A stretch of 64,000 bases of DNA from Mobula hypostoma (GCF_963921235.1 NC_086107.1:103976001-104040000), one strand, 5' to 3'. Counted from the first letter of the stretch, positions 10,086 to 24,336 are shown. The notes: generated by a model from the letters alone, not told the origin. Made by a program: numbers and translations.

Positions 10086-12737
10086 AGCATCCTGATAAAA
10101 CACTTCTGCATCTTTCCTGAAATTACTGAACACAAATGTGGTCCAATCAGAGAGTTGCAACATTACCCGGTGGCTTTTGATCTCAGTCCACCAACTAATG
10201 AAGGCCAACACAACGTGTTCAAAGTATTTTCCCTGATTTGTTGCTGGTCTAGATGATCATGTCTCATTTTGGGACCTTTGTGTTGTTCACAATATTTAAC
10301 TGGATAAATTAATTGGTGTGGGTTTACTGGAAATGGCAATAAATACAATCTGTGTTATAGATTAAGTTCAATAAAACACTGACAGTGTCTTATCACAGCC
10401 TCGTTCCACAATCTTTCACTGTGAATAAAATTGTGCAAATAAATTCTGTGCAGTTAATCTGAATGCACCCAGCAAACCTCAGCAAAATGCTCGCTCATTG
10501 GTCAGTTTCTGCTGAACATTATATTTAAGAATGTGCTCAACAGATCAGGTAGTTCTTACAAATAAGGCAACAACATTGGTGTTAATAGCTGTGTCAGGTC
10601 GGTCTGTTTGTGCTGTTGGATTGGATGGCCAAAGCCTGACCTGCCACCGTGGCTTAAAATTAATGTTAAACATCTCTGTTGGACAGCATATGTGGTGGTG
10701 GACCTAATTGTGCTTTTGTCTGGTGAAGAAATTGCTTTTCTGTTTGGGGTTGAATGCATGTCAGGTACTAGATTAAAACCAAGAGTTCCCTCCGAAGCTG
10801 CAGTTTGGTGTCACTGTGCATCTGCAAATCTGCTGTGTTCTTCACTTATGTTCTGAACCTCTGTACCTTGGGTTCTGCCAGGCATGTGCTTTGTCATGCA
10901 GTATAAGATCAAGTGCTCCAATTTCTTCCCATGTCTAAAAAAGACATGGTTAGGTTAGTGAGTTTTGAGCATGCTATGTTGTCACTGGAGGTATGGCGAC
11001 AATTGTGGGCTCTCCAGCTCAATCTTTTATTGATTTGACACAATGGTGCACTTCACTTCATGATTTGCTGTACACGTGACAAACAAAGCTAATCTTTATG
11101 TGGCTTGGTTTCCTATCACAAACTGATTGCTACCCTGGGTGGGGGGGGGGGGGATCTAACAGTTCCTGGAACAACACACCCATTCTCACTTTTAATCTTG
11201 CTGTTATGTGTCCATGGCTTTATTTAGCTCTTTATGTTACATTACTTGCAGCAACAAAATAAGGTTCTCTTTGGCAAAGTAAGATTAAATTGCTTCAGAC
11301 ACTGATCACTGTTCTACTATTCCCTGTGGGTGTGTGCTTTCAATAAGTGCTTCCTAGTGCAATTTAAGGATGGTTAGCTAATATGGTAATAGTGCAAAGT
11401 AATTGCACCTTATCTCAACAAGCTGTGTTTAACACAAAGCCTTGGGACTGATTAGAGTAATCTCTTAAATGGGTGAGAAGTTTATGGAGGCTTTTACGGA
11501 GTTTTGGATCTAGAGAGCTGAACAGCATGTCTGCTGGTGATAGGATGAGGCTGGAGGTAGAGGTCAGAAGAAACTAATACTCTTAAGCTTTCATTTCTCA
11601 CTTTTTTTTAAAAAAAAGTGTTTCAGCAGGCTGCTGGTTGCCTATAGCTGCCTGAACGGTACTGGTTCCTTTCCTAGACCCACGCAATTCCCACTGCTGT
11701 CTAGAAGGAGTTTGTATGTTTGCCCTGTGACCACGTGGGTTTCTTCTCAGGGCTCATGTTTCCTGTTGGTAGTTTAATTGGTCATTGTAAATTGTCCCGT
11801 GATTAGGCTCGGATTATATCTGGGGATTGCTGGGCAGCGTGGCTCGAAAGGCCTATTCGGCACTGTATCTCGATTAAGTAAATATGCTACAGGAATTCAG
11901 CAAGTCAGGCAGCATCTATGGAGGACCTGCTCAGCCCGAAACACTGCACGTGACTGACTGGAAAAGCTCAGTGGCACAGGCAGCACCTGTAGAGGAAGAA
12001 AACTAACTTTTTTGATAACCTTTATTTAGAATATTTTTTTTTAAAGTTGAGTAAGTTTTAAGTTGCAGAGAAGAGGGTCTGGGCTTGTCAAAGTTGGGCA
12101 CCGTGGTAGCGTAGGAGTTGAGCACAACACTATTACAGTTTAGGGCATTTCCAGAGTTTTGTTCCGCCGCCATTCTGAACAGATTCTCTGTGCATCCTCC
12201 TTGTGGAATGTGTGGATTTCTTCTGGCTGCTCTGGTTTCCTCCCATCGTCCAAAGACCTGCCGGGTAGGTGAATTGGTCGGCGTGTCTCGAAGGGCCAGC
12301 TTGACACTGTATCACTCTATACATAAAATACTGGTTAGAAAGCATTGAAGGGCATCTGTATATAGCATGATGCCACTGAGAGAAGACAGTGAAAGCTTTT
12401 GATAGCAGCTGATTTGTTTAGAGAAGGTGTAAAGGATGAACATAGGAGTGAAATGGAAGTTGCTGCTTCCTGTCTCAATCTTTTTTTTGTTCCATCCCCT
12501 AATTTGCTGTTGGTCCTTTTCCTACCTAATTTAATTTTTCAAAATATGGAACATCTTTTCCCCAGTTTAATGGTTTTTATTTCTGTTGAATTCTTTCACT
12601 TGCTGGGAGTGAAAGTTGTGCTGTATATTAACAATGACCTGTCGGTGTGTGATATCCTGCAGCTGGGCCTCTGTATTTATAGGTGACTATATTCAAACAA
12701 GGTGATCTAACTTTGCTTCTCTCTTTTTTTTATATAG

Positions 12738-12786
12738 ATCAAATTAGTGAGCAAATTATGCATACAGGGAAAACACTTTTACGTGA
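12738..12786 (+). CDS. BAX: BAX exon 2 (DQISEQIMHTGKTLLRE)
   Basis: Polypyrimidine tract plus TAG acceptor ending 12737; donor GTAAGT at 12787; matches human SSEQIMKTGALLLQG; phase 1 to 2. Confidence 0.92.
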
Positions 12787-13064
12787 GTAAGTGTCAGATT
12801 TTTTTTGATTGCTTCATAACAGTCACTGCAAGGTCAGAATTGATGTGTCTCTGTGCTCAGATGTGTGGTGCAAATTCCCAGTTTTGGGCCATGTTAGGAA
12901 CCAAGAACTGGCCAACTGTTTCTCCATGGGTAAAAGGTCTATGGAATATCTGGCGTCACCTGCAGTAGGTGTCTGATTTGCTGGTTAGAAAGCATTGAAG
13001 GGTGTCTGTATAGGGTAATGAGAATGGAAGGTTCTGAAAATGCAAAACAACTTGGCTGCATTTG

Positions 13065-14135
13065 TCGGGGTGGAGAGAGTGAGCAATTTCAAGTTCCTGG
13101 GTGTCAATATCTCTGAGGGCCTAACCTGAATGCAACATATTGATGCAACTATAATGAAAGCAAGACAGCGGTTATATTTCATTCGGAGTTTGAGGAGATT
13201 TAGTTTGTCAACAAAGATGTCTATAAATTTACAGTACAATGGAGAGCATTCTGACTGTCTGCATCACTGTCTGGTATGGGGGTACTACTGCACAAGATCG
13301 AAGTGAGATGCAGAAACTTGTAAAATTAGTCAGCTCCACCATGGATACCAGTCTCCATAGTATCAAGACGTCTTCAAGGAGTGATACTTTTGGGAGGCAG
13401 TGGCCATCATTAAGGACCCCTACCACCCAGGACATGTCCTCTTCTCATTGCTACCATCAGGGAGGAGGTACAGAAGCCTGAAGCCGCACGCTGTGATTCA
13501 GGAACAGCTTCTTCCCCTCTGCCATCCAAAATCTAAATGAACATTGAACCTATGAGCACTGCCTTCCTACTTTTTATTTCACTCATTTTAAGTTAAGTAT
13601 TTAATAGACTTGAAGGTAGTGGGTAGTGGCTGCATATGTCACTACTACAGGGCGTGACGACCCTGCCTTACACGAGTCCTGGGCTCAGCTGGCTCCGGCT
13701 GACAGTACCTGGTATGGGCCCCTATCCAGGGTGACGGATCCCACTGCCTTGTGGGTATCTTCGGGAGAAGAGAAGGCTAAGGAGTAAACCCCACACAAAT
13801 CTGGAGTGGAGCCCCTAAGGCAGTACGATGACATATCATGTCAGCTCCTGCAGCCAAGCTGATGCCAAATGTACTGCTTCGCATTCCTTTGGACCACATC
13901 CGCGAGACCGAGAGGGAGATCTTGATGCCTGGGCAGCCCAGGATCTCCATATTCATCACCCAGGTCTGTGCCCTGGAGAGAAATTATTACCGGGTGCATC
14001 CATTATCTACTTAGATGGAGCCATTATTATTATTATTATTTAATAGACTTGTACTTAATGTAATTCAGATTTTTTACTCTATTTGTCATGTATTTCATTG
14101 TACCACCGCCATAAAGTTAACAATTTTTGTGACAC
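13065..14135 (+). mobile_element. Rex1/Babar-like LINE 3' fragment (interrupted)
   Basis: VSNFKFLGVNIS and ESILTVCITVWYG motifs. Confidence 0.7.
13612..14036 (+). mobile_element. Non-autonomous retroposon with (TAT)n tail and candidate 5' HDV-like ribozyme
   Basis: TSD TATTTAATAGACTT at 13598-13611 and 14037-14050; GGCTAAGGAGTAAACCC motif. Confidence 0.75.
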
Positions 14136-15220
14136 AACCAGTGGTGGGTGTGTGAAATGCACTGCCGGCGACGATGGTGGAGGTGGATACAGTAGGATCT
14201 TTTAAGAGACACTTGGATGGGTGCATGGAGCTTAGAAAATAGAGGGCTATGTGGTAGGGTAATTCTCAGCAGTTCCTAGAGTAGGTTACATGGTCAGCAC
14301 AACATTGTGGGCAGAAGGACTTGTAATGTGCTGTAGATTTCTGTGTTCTATGCAGGTGATATTAAACCTGATTCTGATTGAACATATGCAAAGAAGATGG
14401 ATGTGGCGTGGGTGTAAACGTAACTTTGCTAGATCAAATAACGTCAGCACAAAAAGATCATTACTTATATTTCCACCCGTTTATTTCTTCGAGCTCAGCC
14501 GGCGAGTGAACTTGGACCCAACATCAGGGAAAGAACCTTTCTCATCTCCTGGGTGGTTCTACAAGTTCACTGCCCGACGTCAGAGTTGTCAGAAGTTATA
14601 AGGCCACTGATACAAAAGAAGCATCAGTTTGATAACTATTCCGGTCAAGTCAATGGACTATTGATACAAAAGTACAATCAATTTGTTAGACACTCCAGCC
14701 ATCTTAATTAAAGAAAAGAATGTCCTACCTGGTTTGTTGGAGCCACAAATTAATTACAAAGTTAAGAACATCCGTCAAATTTGTGCTTTAATTAAGAAAG
14801 GAATGTTCTGTCTAATTTCCATCAGGTATTGCTTTTTGTCAAAATCAAAAGGTGTGAAAAGCCCAGAGACATCTCATGTTGATCTGGGTGAACTTTAACC
14901 CTTATCTTCTCCAAAGAAAGCAGCTGTGAGACATTATTCAAACACACTGCAGTCACAGACATAGTCAGTACTGGATCTATTATTTTACAGGAATCTTGAG
15001 AATCCCCTTTCCCTTAAACTTTATCATGGGTTCAGTATAGATCTGTGGCCTGCAGGGTAAGGGAACCCTTGACCAATCAACAAGAATTGTGGGATCCGAG
15101 GCACTGTGCACAATTAGCTGAACGGGGAAAGTGGGTAATTAATACTAAAGAAGGTGGAGGAACGGTAGGTTCCTCCTGCTTTATTGCTTCTGAGAAAGTA
15201 ATGAGATATTTAAATTTCAG

Positions 15221-15388
15221 ATTCATCGTGGATCGAGCAAATAGAGGAGTTGATGGTTGTGAGCTGCATTTAACTGCAGCTGAGCTTGGTGGTCGAGAAG
15301 AGGAACTGCATAATCCTGATGTGAAACGCCTTGCCGTCTGCCTGAGACAGATTGGGGACGAGCTTGATGGCAACAGAGAATTGCAAAG
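15221..15388 (+). CDS. BAX: BAX exon 3, BH3 domain (FIVDRA...LAVCLRQIGDELDGNRELQR)
   Basis: TTTCAG acceptor; AG|GTGAGA donor; BH3 motif LRQIGDELD; 168 nt, phase 2-2. Confidence 0.96.
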
Positions 15389-15862
15389 GTGAGATGCAGT
15401 CCAAGAAGTGTTCCTGTCCAAAGATGGGGTCCTTAGCTCTGTTACTACTGGATGCTTCATCTCACCACTGGCCAGTTTGGGTTCACTTCTGCCCAATCCC
15501 GACCCACGAGACATCCTTGCTCTCATCACCTGACTTTCCATTACAAAACACTTGGGGAAAGTGATCAGTTGGGAGTGGTTTGGTGTGAAAGTCCAGGAAT
15601 GCTTTATTTGCTGGCCCACAATGACCTTGTGGCAATCTGGCACGAGTTGACACCATCAACCTGTCAACTGAAAACCAGCTTTGGCGTAAACATCAGTACC
15701 TGGATGGTCTGGTACCATGTGATGAGGTACCTATGATTGTCAAACTTATCTCCTGATCATTCCTTATGCATTTACTAATTTCAATTCTCTGCACCCTGAA
15801 TCCTTGTAAGTGTAATGGTAATACAAGTAAACCAAGTAATTTGCACTTTCTCCTGCACACAG

Positions 15863-15998
15863 GATGATCGATGGTATTAGTGCCAAGTGTCCAAAGGAGA
15901 CATTTATCAAAGTAGCCAAGGAACAGTTTGCTGATGGAGTCATCAACTGGGGGAGAGTGGTGACACTCTTTTACTTTGCCTGCAAACTTGTTGTGAAG
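15863..15998 (+). CDS. BAX: BAX exon 4, BH1 domain (MIDGISAKCPKETFIKVAKEQFADGVINWGRVVTLFYFACKLVVK)
   Basis: CACAG acceptor; AAG|GTATGA donor; NWGR motif; 136 nt. Missed by the ORF track. Confidence 0.96.
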
Positions 15999-17374
15999 GT
16001 ATGAATGGATACTGTGGGTGTGGGCAATGTGCCTGTTAACTTGAATGTCGATTATTCTGCTATTGGCAGTGAGATTGCTCCATTGGTAGATAGTCTTGAT
16101 GTCATCCATGCATTCACCAACTTCTTGATCGAGCAGTAGCTTCCAGGGAAAGAAAGTAATAGATTACCTGTGGAAGGAAAGGAATGTTTCTAACTTGCAT
16201 CTGAATTTTTGAGTGATGCAGAATGATTAACCCCCAGTGTAGAGGGATGAGGGGGCAGAAATGATAATCTTGTGTAAGGGCAGGTCCATAAGTTAGAGAA
16301 GGAGAAAAGTTCTGCAGTCTAAAATAGGTCAGTGGGAAACACAAGAAAATCTGCAGATTCCAGAAATCCAAAGCATCGTGCGCAAGGTGCAGGAGGAACT
16401 CAGCAGGCCTGGCAGTATCTATGGAAAAGAGTAAACAGTTGATGTTTTCGGCTGAGATCCTCCATTGGTCCTGTTTAAAGGGACACTTGGGCAAATCTAT
16501 CAAATTTTAAGAGTGGGCTTACTTGAGTGAGGGAAACGTGAATTTGAAGCAATGGAGTGATGTTGGTGAAGACAGATTAAGTGTTTGGAAGGGGAGGTTT
16601 TGAAAGCCTTTGAAGAAGGTTTGATAGGAAAGTTGGAAATCTGTTTCCTCATATAGTTCCATGCATTAGTAGAGAGAAAGATGACAAGTTATTTCATAGC
16701 CATTGCTAATAGAGAAGTTAATCTTCTGACTGCAGTCCTCTGAGGCACAATGCAAGCTGCTAGTGCACTTTCCATGGAACAGTAATAGTGGGGAAATGGT
16801 TTGGATTTGCTGATGAGACACAGCTCTTAACCACATGGATCAATGATTGGTTTGAGCTTAATGACATGAGAAAAGTTAAGTAGTGGAAGCCTGTCTTTTA
16901 GTTACGGAAATTCTGGGTATGAGACTGATTTGTGTTCTCCTCTTTGTCTTTACCTCATCCAGACAGATTACCTGTGACAATATAAGTCCTCACCAACCTT
17001 TCTCAGTCAGCAGTGGAGCCATCACCACCTCTGTCATTGTCTTTCGCTCACCTTGCTATCATAGGCATTCTTTCCATTTCCTCCACCTTTGCCCTTCTTT
17101 ACAACTAATGTATGTTTGATTTCTAACTTTTCTCATCAACCTGAGATGTTAACTCTGCTTTCCTCACACGGTTGTTCCCTAACCTGTTTGTTTCGAGCAT
17201 TTATCATTTATTTTTTTGGAAAATAGGAAGCTGTGGGACTGGAGGCAAATTTTAACCTTTGATCCCCAGACTTTGAATTTTCGTTCCATTTCTGATAATC
17301 CAACAATTCTAAATTAGTACTTACTGAGTCATCTTTCACCAGCTCTGTGTAGTGTTCTGGTCTCTGAATGTAAT

Positions 17375-20300
17375 TAGAAAACCATAGAAAAACTACAGCA
17401 CAGAAACAGGCCTTTTGGCCCTTCTTGGCTGTGCCGAACTATTTTCTGCCTAGTCCCACTGACCTGCACACGGACCATATCCCTCCATACACCTCCCATC
17501 CATGTATCTGTCCAATTTATTCTTAAATGTTAAGAAAGAACCCGCATTTACCACCTCGTCTGTCAGCTCATTCCATACTCCCACCACTCTCTGTGTGAAG
17601 AAGCCCCTTCTAATGTTCCCTTTGAATTTTTCCCCCCTCACCCTTAACCCATGTCCTCTGGTTTTTTTTTCTCCCCTTGCCTCGGTGGAAAAAGCCTGCT
17701 TGCATTCACTCTATCTATACCCATCATAAATTTATATACCTCTATCAAATCTCCCCTCATTCTTCTCGGCTCCAGGGAATAAAGTCCTAACCTTTTCAAC
17801 CTTTCTCTGTAACTGAGTTTCTCAAGTCCCGGCAACATCCTTGTAAACCTTCTCTGCACTCTTTCAACCTTATTTATATCCTTCCTGTAATTTGGTGACC
17901 AAAACTGAACACAATTCTCCAGATTCGGCCTCACCAATGCCTTATACAACCTCATCATAACATTCCAGCTCTTATACTCAATACTTCGATTAATAAAGGC
18001 CAATGTACCAAAAGCTCTCTTTACAACCCTATCTACCTGTGACGCCACTTTTAGGGAATTTTGTATCTGTATTCCCAGATCCCTCTGTTCTACTGCACTC
18101 CTCAGTGCCTTACCATTTACCCTGTATGTTCTACCTTGGTTTGTCCTTCCAAAGTGCAATACCTCACACTTGTCTGTATTAAACTCCATCTGCCATTTTT
18201 CAACCCATTTTTCCAGCTGGTCCAAGTCCCTCTGCAGGCTCTGAAAACCTTCCTCACTGTCCACTACACCTCCAATCTTTGTATCATCAGCAAACTTGCT
18301 GATCCAATTTACCACATTATCATCCAGATCATTGATATAGATGACAAATAACAATGGACCCAGCACTGATCCCCGTGGCACACCACTAGTCACAGGCCTC
18401 CACTCTGAGAAGCAATTCTCTACTACCACTCTTTGGCTTCTTCCATTGAGCCAATGTCTAATCCAATTTACCACCCCTCCATGTATACCTAGCCACAGAA
18501 TTTTCCTAACTAACCTCCCATGCGGGACCTTGTCAAAGGCCTTACTGAAGTCCATGCAGACAACATCCACTGCCTTCCCTTCATCCACTTTCCTGGTAAC
18601 CTCCTTGAAAAACTCCCAATAGATTGATCAAACATGACCTACCAAGCACAAAGCCATGTTGACTCTCCCTAATAAGTCCCTGTCTATCCAAATGCTTGTA
18701 AATTCTGTCTCTTAGTACTCCCTCCAATAATTTACCGGCCTATAATTTCCCGGATTACTTTTCGATCCTTTTTTAAACAACAGAACAACATGAGCCACTC
18801 TCCAATCTTCCGGCACCTCACCCATAAACACCGACATTTTAAATATATCTGCCAGGGCCCCTGCAATTTCAACATTAGTCTCCTTCAAGGTCCAAGGGAA
18901 TACCCTGTCAGGTCCTGGGGATTTATCCACTTTAATTTGCCTCAAGATAGCAAGCACCTCCTCCTTTTCAATCTGTACAGTTTCCATGATCTCACTACTT
19001 ATTTCCCTTAATTCCATAGACTTCATGCCAGTTTCCTTAGTAAATACAGACTCAAAAAACCCATTTAAGATCTCCCCCATTTCTTTTGGTTCCGCACATA
19101 GCCGACCACTCTGATCTTCAAGAGGACCAATTTCATCCCGTACAATCCTTTTACTCTTAATATACCTGTAAAAACTCTTTGGATTATCCTTCACTTTGAC
19201 TGCCAAGGCAACCTCATGTCTTTTAGCCCTCCTGATATCTTAAGTATTTTCTTGCGCTTTTTATACTCCTCAAGCAGCTTATTTACTCCCTGTTTCCTAT
19301 ACATGTCATACAACTCTCTCTTCTTTTTTATCAGAGTTGCAATATCCCTTGAGAACCAAGGTTCCTTATTCCTATTCACTTTGCCTTTAATCCTGACAGG
19401 AACATACAAGCTCTGCACTCTCAAAATTTCTCCTTTGAAGGCTTCCCACTTACCGATCACATCCTTGCCAGAGAACAACCTGTCCCAATCCACGCATTTT
19501 AGATCCTTTCTCATTTCTTCAAACTTGGCCGCCTTCCAGTTCAGAACCTCAACCCTAGGACCAGATCTATCCTTGTCCATGATCAAGTTGAAACTAATGG
19601 TGTTATGATCACTGGAACCAAAGTGCTCCCCTACACACACTTCCATTACTTGTCCTAACTCATTTCCTAACAGGAGATCCAATATTGCATCCCCTCTAAT
19701 TGGTACCTCTATATATTGATTTAGAAAACTTTCCTGAACACATTTTACAAACTCTAAACCATCTAGACCCCTAACAGTATGGGAGTCCCAATCAATATAT
19801 GGAAAATTAAAATCCCCTACCACCATAGCTTTGTTTCCTGTAGTTGCCTGCTATCTCTGTGCAGATTTGCTCCTCCAATTCTTGCTGACTATTGGGTGGT
19901 CTATAATACAACCCCACTAATGTGGCCATACCATTCCTGTTTCTCAGCTCCACCCATAAGGACTCAGTAGACAAGCCTTCTAATCTATCCTGCCTGAGCA
20001 CTGCTGTAATATTTTCCCTAACAAGCAATGCTACCACCACCCCCCCCCACCCCACCTTTCATTCCTCTGCCTCGATCACATCTGAAACATCGGAACCCTG
20101 GAATATTAAGCTGCCAGTCCTGCCCCTGCTGTAGCCGAATTTCACTAATTGCTTTAACATCATAATTCCACGTGTCAATCCACGCCCTCAACTCATCCAC
20201 CTTCCCTACAATACTCCTAGCATTGAAATATATACACCTCAGAAGATTTTTACCACCACTCACAACCTTTCTATTTGCAGCTTTGCTTAAACTTTCAACA

Positions 20301-20530
20301 TCATTTATTTTCACCCCAGCCACACTGTCAGCTCTGACACTCTGGTTCCCATCCCCCTGCAAATCTAGTTTAAAGCCTCCCCAATAGCACTAACAAACCT
20401 CCCTGAAAGGATATTGGTCCCCCTGTGGTTCAAGTGTAACCCGTCTCTCTTGTACAGGTCCCACCTGCCCCAGAAGAGGTCCCAATGATCCTGAAATTTG
20501 AAACCCTGCCCCCTACACCAGTTCCTCAGG
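17375..20530 (-). mobile_element. CR1 LINE, long copy in BAX intron 4 (ORF1 esterase end plus frameshifted ORF2 endonuclease-RT)
   Basis: DGLHLN (SGNH-like ORF1), NARSI, GDFNFP, SDH, DFSKAFDKV, GSVLGP and FADD motifs. Confidence 0.93.
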
Positions 20531-21839
20531 AATCTGGTCACATCATCATGAACTGTTCCTCCCAATTCCTGTACCTTTGGTTATCCAAGATGTTGGTGGT
20601 TGCCTGGGTCTGCCTTCCCTGTAAATAAAATGTTAATGACAATTTTCTGATTGCTGGCCAGATCAGTCTCATACCCAGCATTTCCATAACTAAACTTAAG
20701 TGCAGCCAGAAAATATTGTTTGTTCTTTGTGTTATGTCACATGATGTGGGTGATCATGGACTTTTCCTGACCGTTGTTCTTGGCAAATTTTTCTAAAGAA
20801 GTGGTTTGCTACTGCTGTCTTCTGGTCAGTGTTTTTACAAGACAGGTGACCCCAGCCATTATCAATACTCTTCAGAGATTGTCTGCCTGACATCCACGGT
20901 CACATAACCAGGACTTGTGATGTGCACCAACTGCTCATACGACCATCCACCACCTGCTCCCATGACTTCATGTGGCCCTGATGGGGGGAATAAGCAGGTG
21001 CTACACCTTGCCCAAGAGTGATCCACTGGCTAGCAGAGGCCTTGCCTCCTTTGGAAACATTTCTCCACCCTACCACCCAGAAGATATAAAATGTCCAATG
21101 CTGCTTAGATCCTGCATCAATGCCATAGGGATGATAATGCTGGGTTAGATGGACCTGTGACTGGTCTTTCCACCTCTGCTACAAATGACCTTCCATACAG
21201 AAGGTACAAATATAGACCACCAGACTCCTTCATTCACTATGAATGTTGTTGATTTAGCTAGATCTTAATTCCCAGTCGTAGACACTTCAGCGCAAAAACA
21301 GATCTATTGGCCCATCTAGTCTGTGCCAAACTATTAATTTGCCTGGTTCCATTGACCTACACCTGGACCGTAGCCCTCCCTAACCCTCCCATCAAAGTTC
21401 AATGTAACATTTATTATCAAGGTACATGTGTCAGCACATACAGCCCTAAGATTCTTTTTCTGTGGACATTCTTAGCAAATCTATTGCACGGTAACAGTAA
21501 ATGTCAGGAACTGTTAACAGTAAACAAACTGCAAATACAGATGTAAATGAGTAGCAATAAATTACGAGCATGAAATAACAATAGACAATAGGTGCAGGAG
21601 TAGGCTATTTGGCCCTTCAAGCCAGCACCACCATTCACTGTGATCATGGCTGATCACCCACAATCAGTACCCCGTTCCTGCCTTCTCCCCATATCCCTTG
21701 GCTCCACTATCTTTAAGAGCTCTACAGTGAGTCATAACATAACAATATAATGAGTCCTTAAATGACTGTAGTTATCCCCTTTTGTTGATGGTTGAGGGGT
21801 AGTAACTGTTCTTGAACCTGGTGGTGTGAGTCCTGAGGG

Positions 21840-23745
21840 TCCTGTTCCTATCCAAATTTCCCTTAAATGTTGAAATAGAACTCGAATCCACCACTTGTGC
21901 TGGCATCTTGTTCCATGCTCTTATCACCCTCTGAGTGAAGATGTTCCTCTTAAACATTTCACCCTTAACCCATGGCCTCTAGTTCTAGTCTCACCCAACC
22001 TCTGTGGAGAAAGACTGTTTGCATTTACCATTTACAGCCCTCATAATTTTGTATGCCTCTATCAAATGTCTCCTCATTCTTCTAAGCTCTAGAGAATCAA
22101 GTCCTCACCTTTTCAACCTTTCTCTATAACTCGGTTTCTCAAGTCTTGCCAACATCTTTTTAAATTTCCTCTGCACTCTTTCAATCTTATTGATATCTTT
22201 CCTATAGGTAGTTGACCAGAACTGCACACAATACTCAAATTAGGCCTCATCAACATCTAATACAACTTCAATATAACATCCCATCTCCTGTATTCATACT
22301 TTGATTTATGACGGCCAATATGCCAGAAGTTCTCTTTAAGACCCTATCTACTTGCGATTCCACTTTCAAGAAATTATGGATCTGTATTCCCATACCTCTT
22401 CTACTGCACTCCTCAGTGCCCTACTGTTCACTGTGTAAGTCCTACCCTGGTTTGTCCTTCCAAAGTGTGACACCTCATACCTGACTACATTAAATTTCAT
22501 CTGCAATTGTTAGTCCATTTTTTCAGCTGTTCCAGATCCCACTGCAAGCTAGGATCACTATACTTGCTGTCCACTTCGCCCCCAATCTTGGTGTTATCCA
22601 TAAATTTGCTATTCCATTTTACTATGTTGCCACCTAGATCGTTGATATAGATGATAAATGACAATGGACCTAGCACCGATCCCTGTGGCACACTACTCGT
22701 CACAGGCCTCCAGTCAGAGAGGCAACCACCTACCACCACTTTCTGGCTTTTTCCACGATGCTAATATCTAATTCAATTTATTTCTTCATCCTGATTGCTA
22801 AGCACCTGAACTTTCTCCATCAACCTCCCATGCGGGATCTTGTCAAAGGCCTTACTAAAGTCTATGTAGACAATGTCTACTGTCTTGCCTTCAACTTTCC
22901 TAGTACTTCCTCAAAACTATAAGATTGGTTAGACACCACCTACCAGACACAAAGCCAATTTGACTATCCCTAATCAATCCCTATCTATCCAAATACCTGT
23001 ATATCCCTTAGAATACCTTCCAATAACTTGCCCACTACTATTGTTAAGCTCAGCTGCCTACAATTTCCATTTTATTTTTAGAGCCTTTCTTAAACAACAG
23101 AACAACATTAGCTATCCTCTAAACCTCCTGCACCTCACACATTGTTAAGGACATTTTAAGTATCTGATAAGAGTCCCTGCAATTTCTGCACTAGCCCCCA
23201 ACAAAGTCGATGGGAACATCTTATCAGGATCTGAGAATTTATCTCAACAGTAAATGCCTCCTCTATAATCTGTATACAGTCCATGACCTCACTGTTGCTT
23301 TGCCTTGCTTCCGTAGACTTTGTATCCATCTCCTGAGTAAATACAGATGCAAAACTTCCATTTAAGATCTCCCCCATCTCTTTCGTCTCAATGGACAGCT
23401 GACTACTCTGATCTTCGAGGACCAATTTTGTCCCTTGCAATCCTTTTGCTGTTAATATAATCTGTGTTCTTTAAGTATCTCATTTGTTCCTACTTGCCTA
23501 TACCTTCTATTTGCCTGCTGCTTAACTCTCTTGAAAACTAAGTTTCCCTAACCCTGTTATCCTTGCCTTGTATTCTGACAGGAACATAAAACTCTGTCAT
23601 CAATTTCACTTTTGAATGCTTCCTACTCACCAAACACACCTTTGCCTGAAAACAACCCATCACAAACCATGTGTGGCAGATCCTTTCTGATACCTTTAAA
23701 ATTGGCCTTTTTCCAATTTAGAATTTCAACCCAAGGTGCTAATTC
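21840..23745 (-). mobile_element. Older decayed CR1 LINE
   Basis: WRPVTSSVPQGSVLGP and EMGEILNG fragments. Confidence 0.8.
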
Positions 23746-24231
23746 TCCATAAGCTCTCCATTCTTAAATCTTTCAAAAATGTATTTACCTCCATTTTATG
23801 TACCTCTAATGATATAGCTTCCACAACCCTGCAGGGTAGAGAATTCTTCAGATTCCCACTGATAGAAGAAATTCAGATGCAGCTCAATTTTAAACAGCAC
23901 CCGTTCCTTAACTGTTCCTTTCAACTGAGAATCTCCCAGCAATGAAATTATCTCGACATAATCCAGATTATGTTTCCTTGAGATCTTGATATTCCTAATA
24001 GTTCCTCCTCCCACCTGTGTTCTACTTAATTCTCAGGACAAGGGATTGTATTGGTCTTCGGTCATGTACCAGTTGATATTTTCTTTAATTTAAAAAAAAA
24101 ATTGCAACTTGTGTCCCAGTTTGTTGCAGTGATATATTTTCAACTTCTTTATCCCATAATAGAAAGATTAGTCTCTGGTTACTCTATGTCCCTTTAAGGC
24201 ACGTGTCCAATCAATAATCTGTCACTTCTAG

Positions 24232-24336
24232 GCCCTGTGCCAGAAGATTCCAGACATGATCCAGACTATAATCAGTTGGACTATGGAATACATCCAGGAG
24301 CACATTCTACGTTGGATTCGTGACCTTGGGGGTTGG
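24232..24336 (+). CDS. BAX: BAX exon 5, BH2 domain ([35 protein letters not shown])
   Basis: TTCTAG acceptor; TGG|GTGAGT donor; WIxxxGGW motif; 105 nt, phase 0-0. Confidence 0.96.

Larger units (their letters stand above)
9280..10150 (-). mobile_element. CR1 3' fragment in BAX intron 1 with two nested inserts
   Basis: YEERLNKLDLFSLEQRR motif. Confidence 0.75.

Noticed and set aside
15045..15392. Single-exon BH3-only ORF
   Set aside because: It is BAX exon 3 plus intronic read-through; splice sites and phases fit the six-exon gene.
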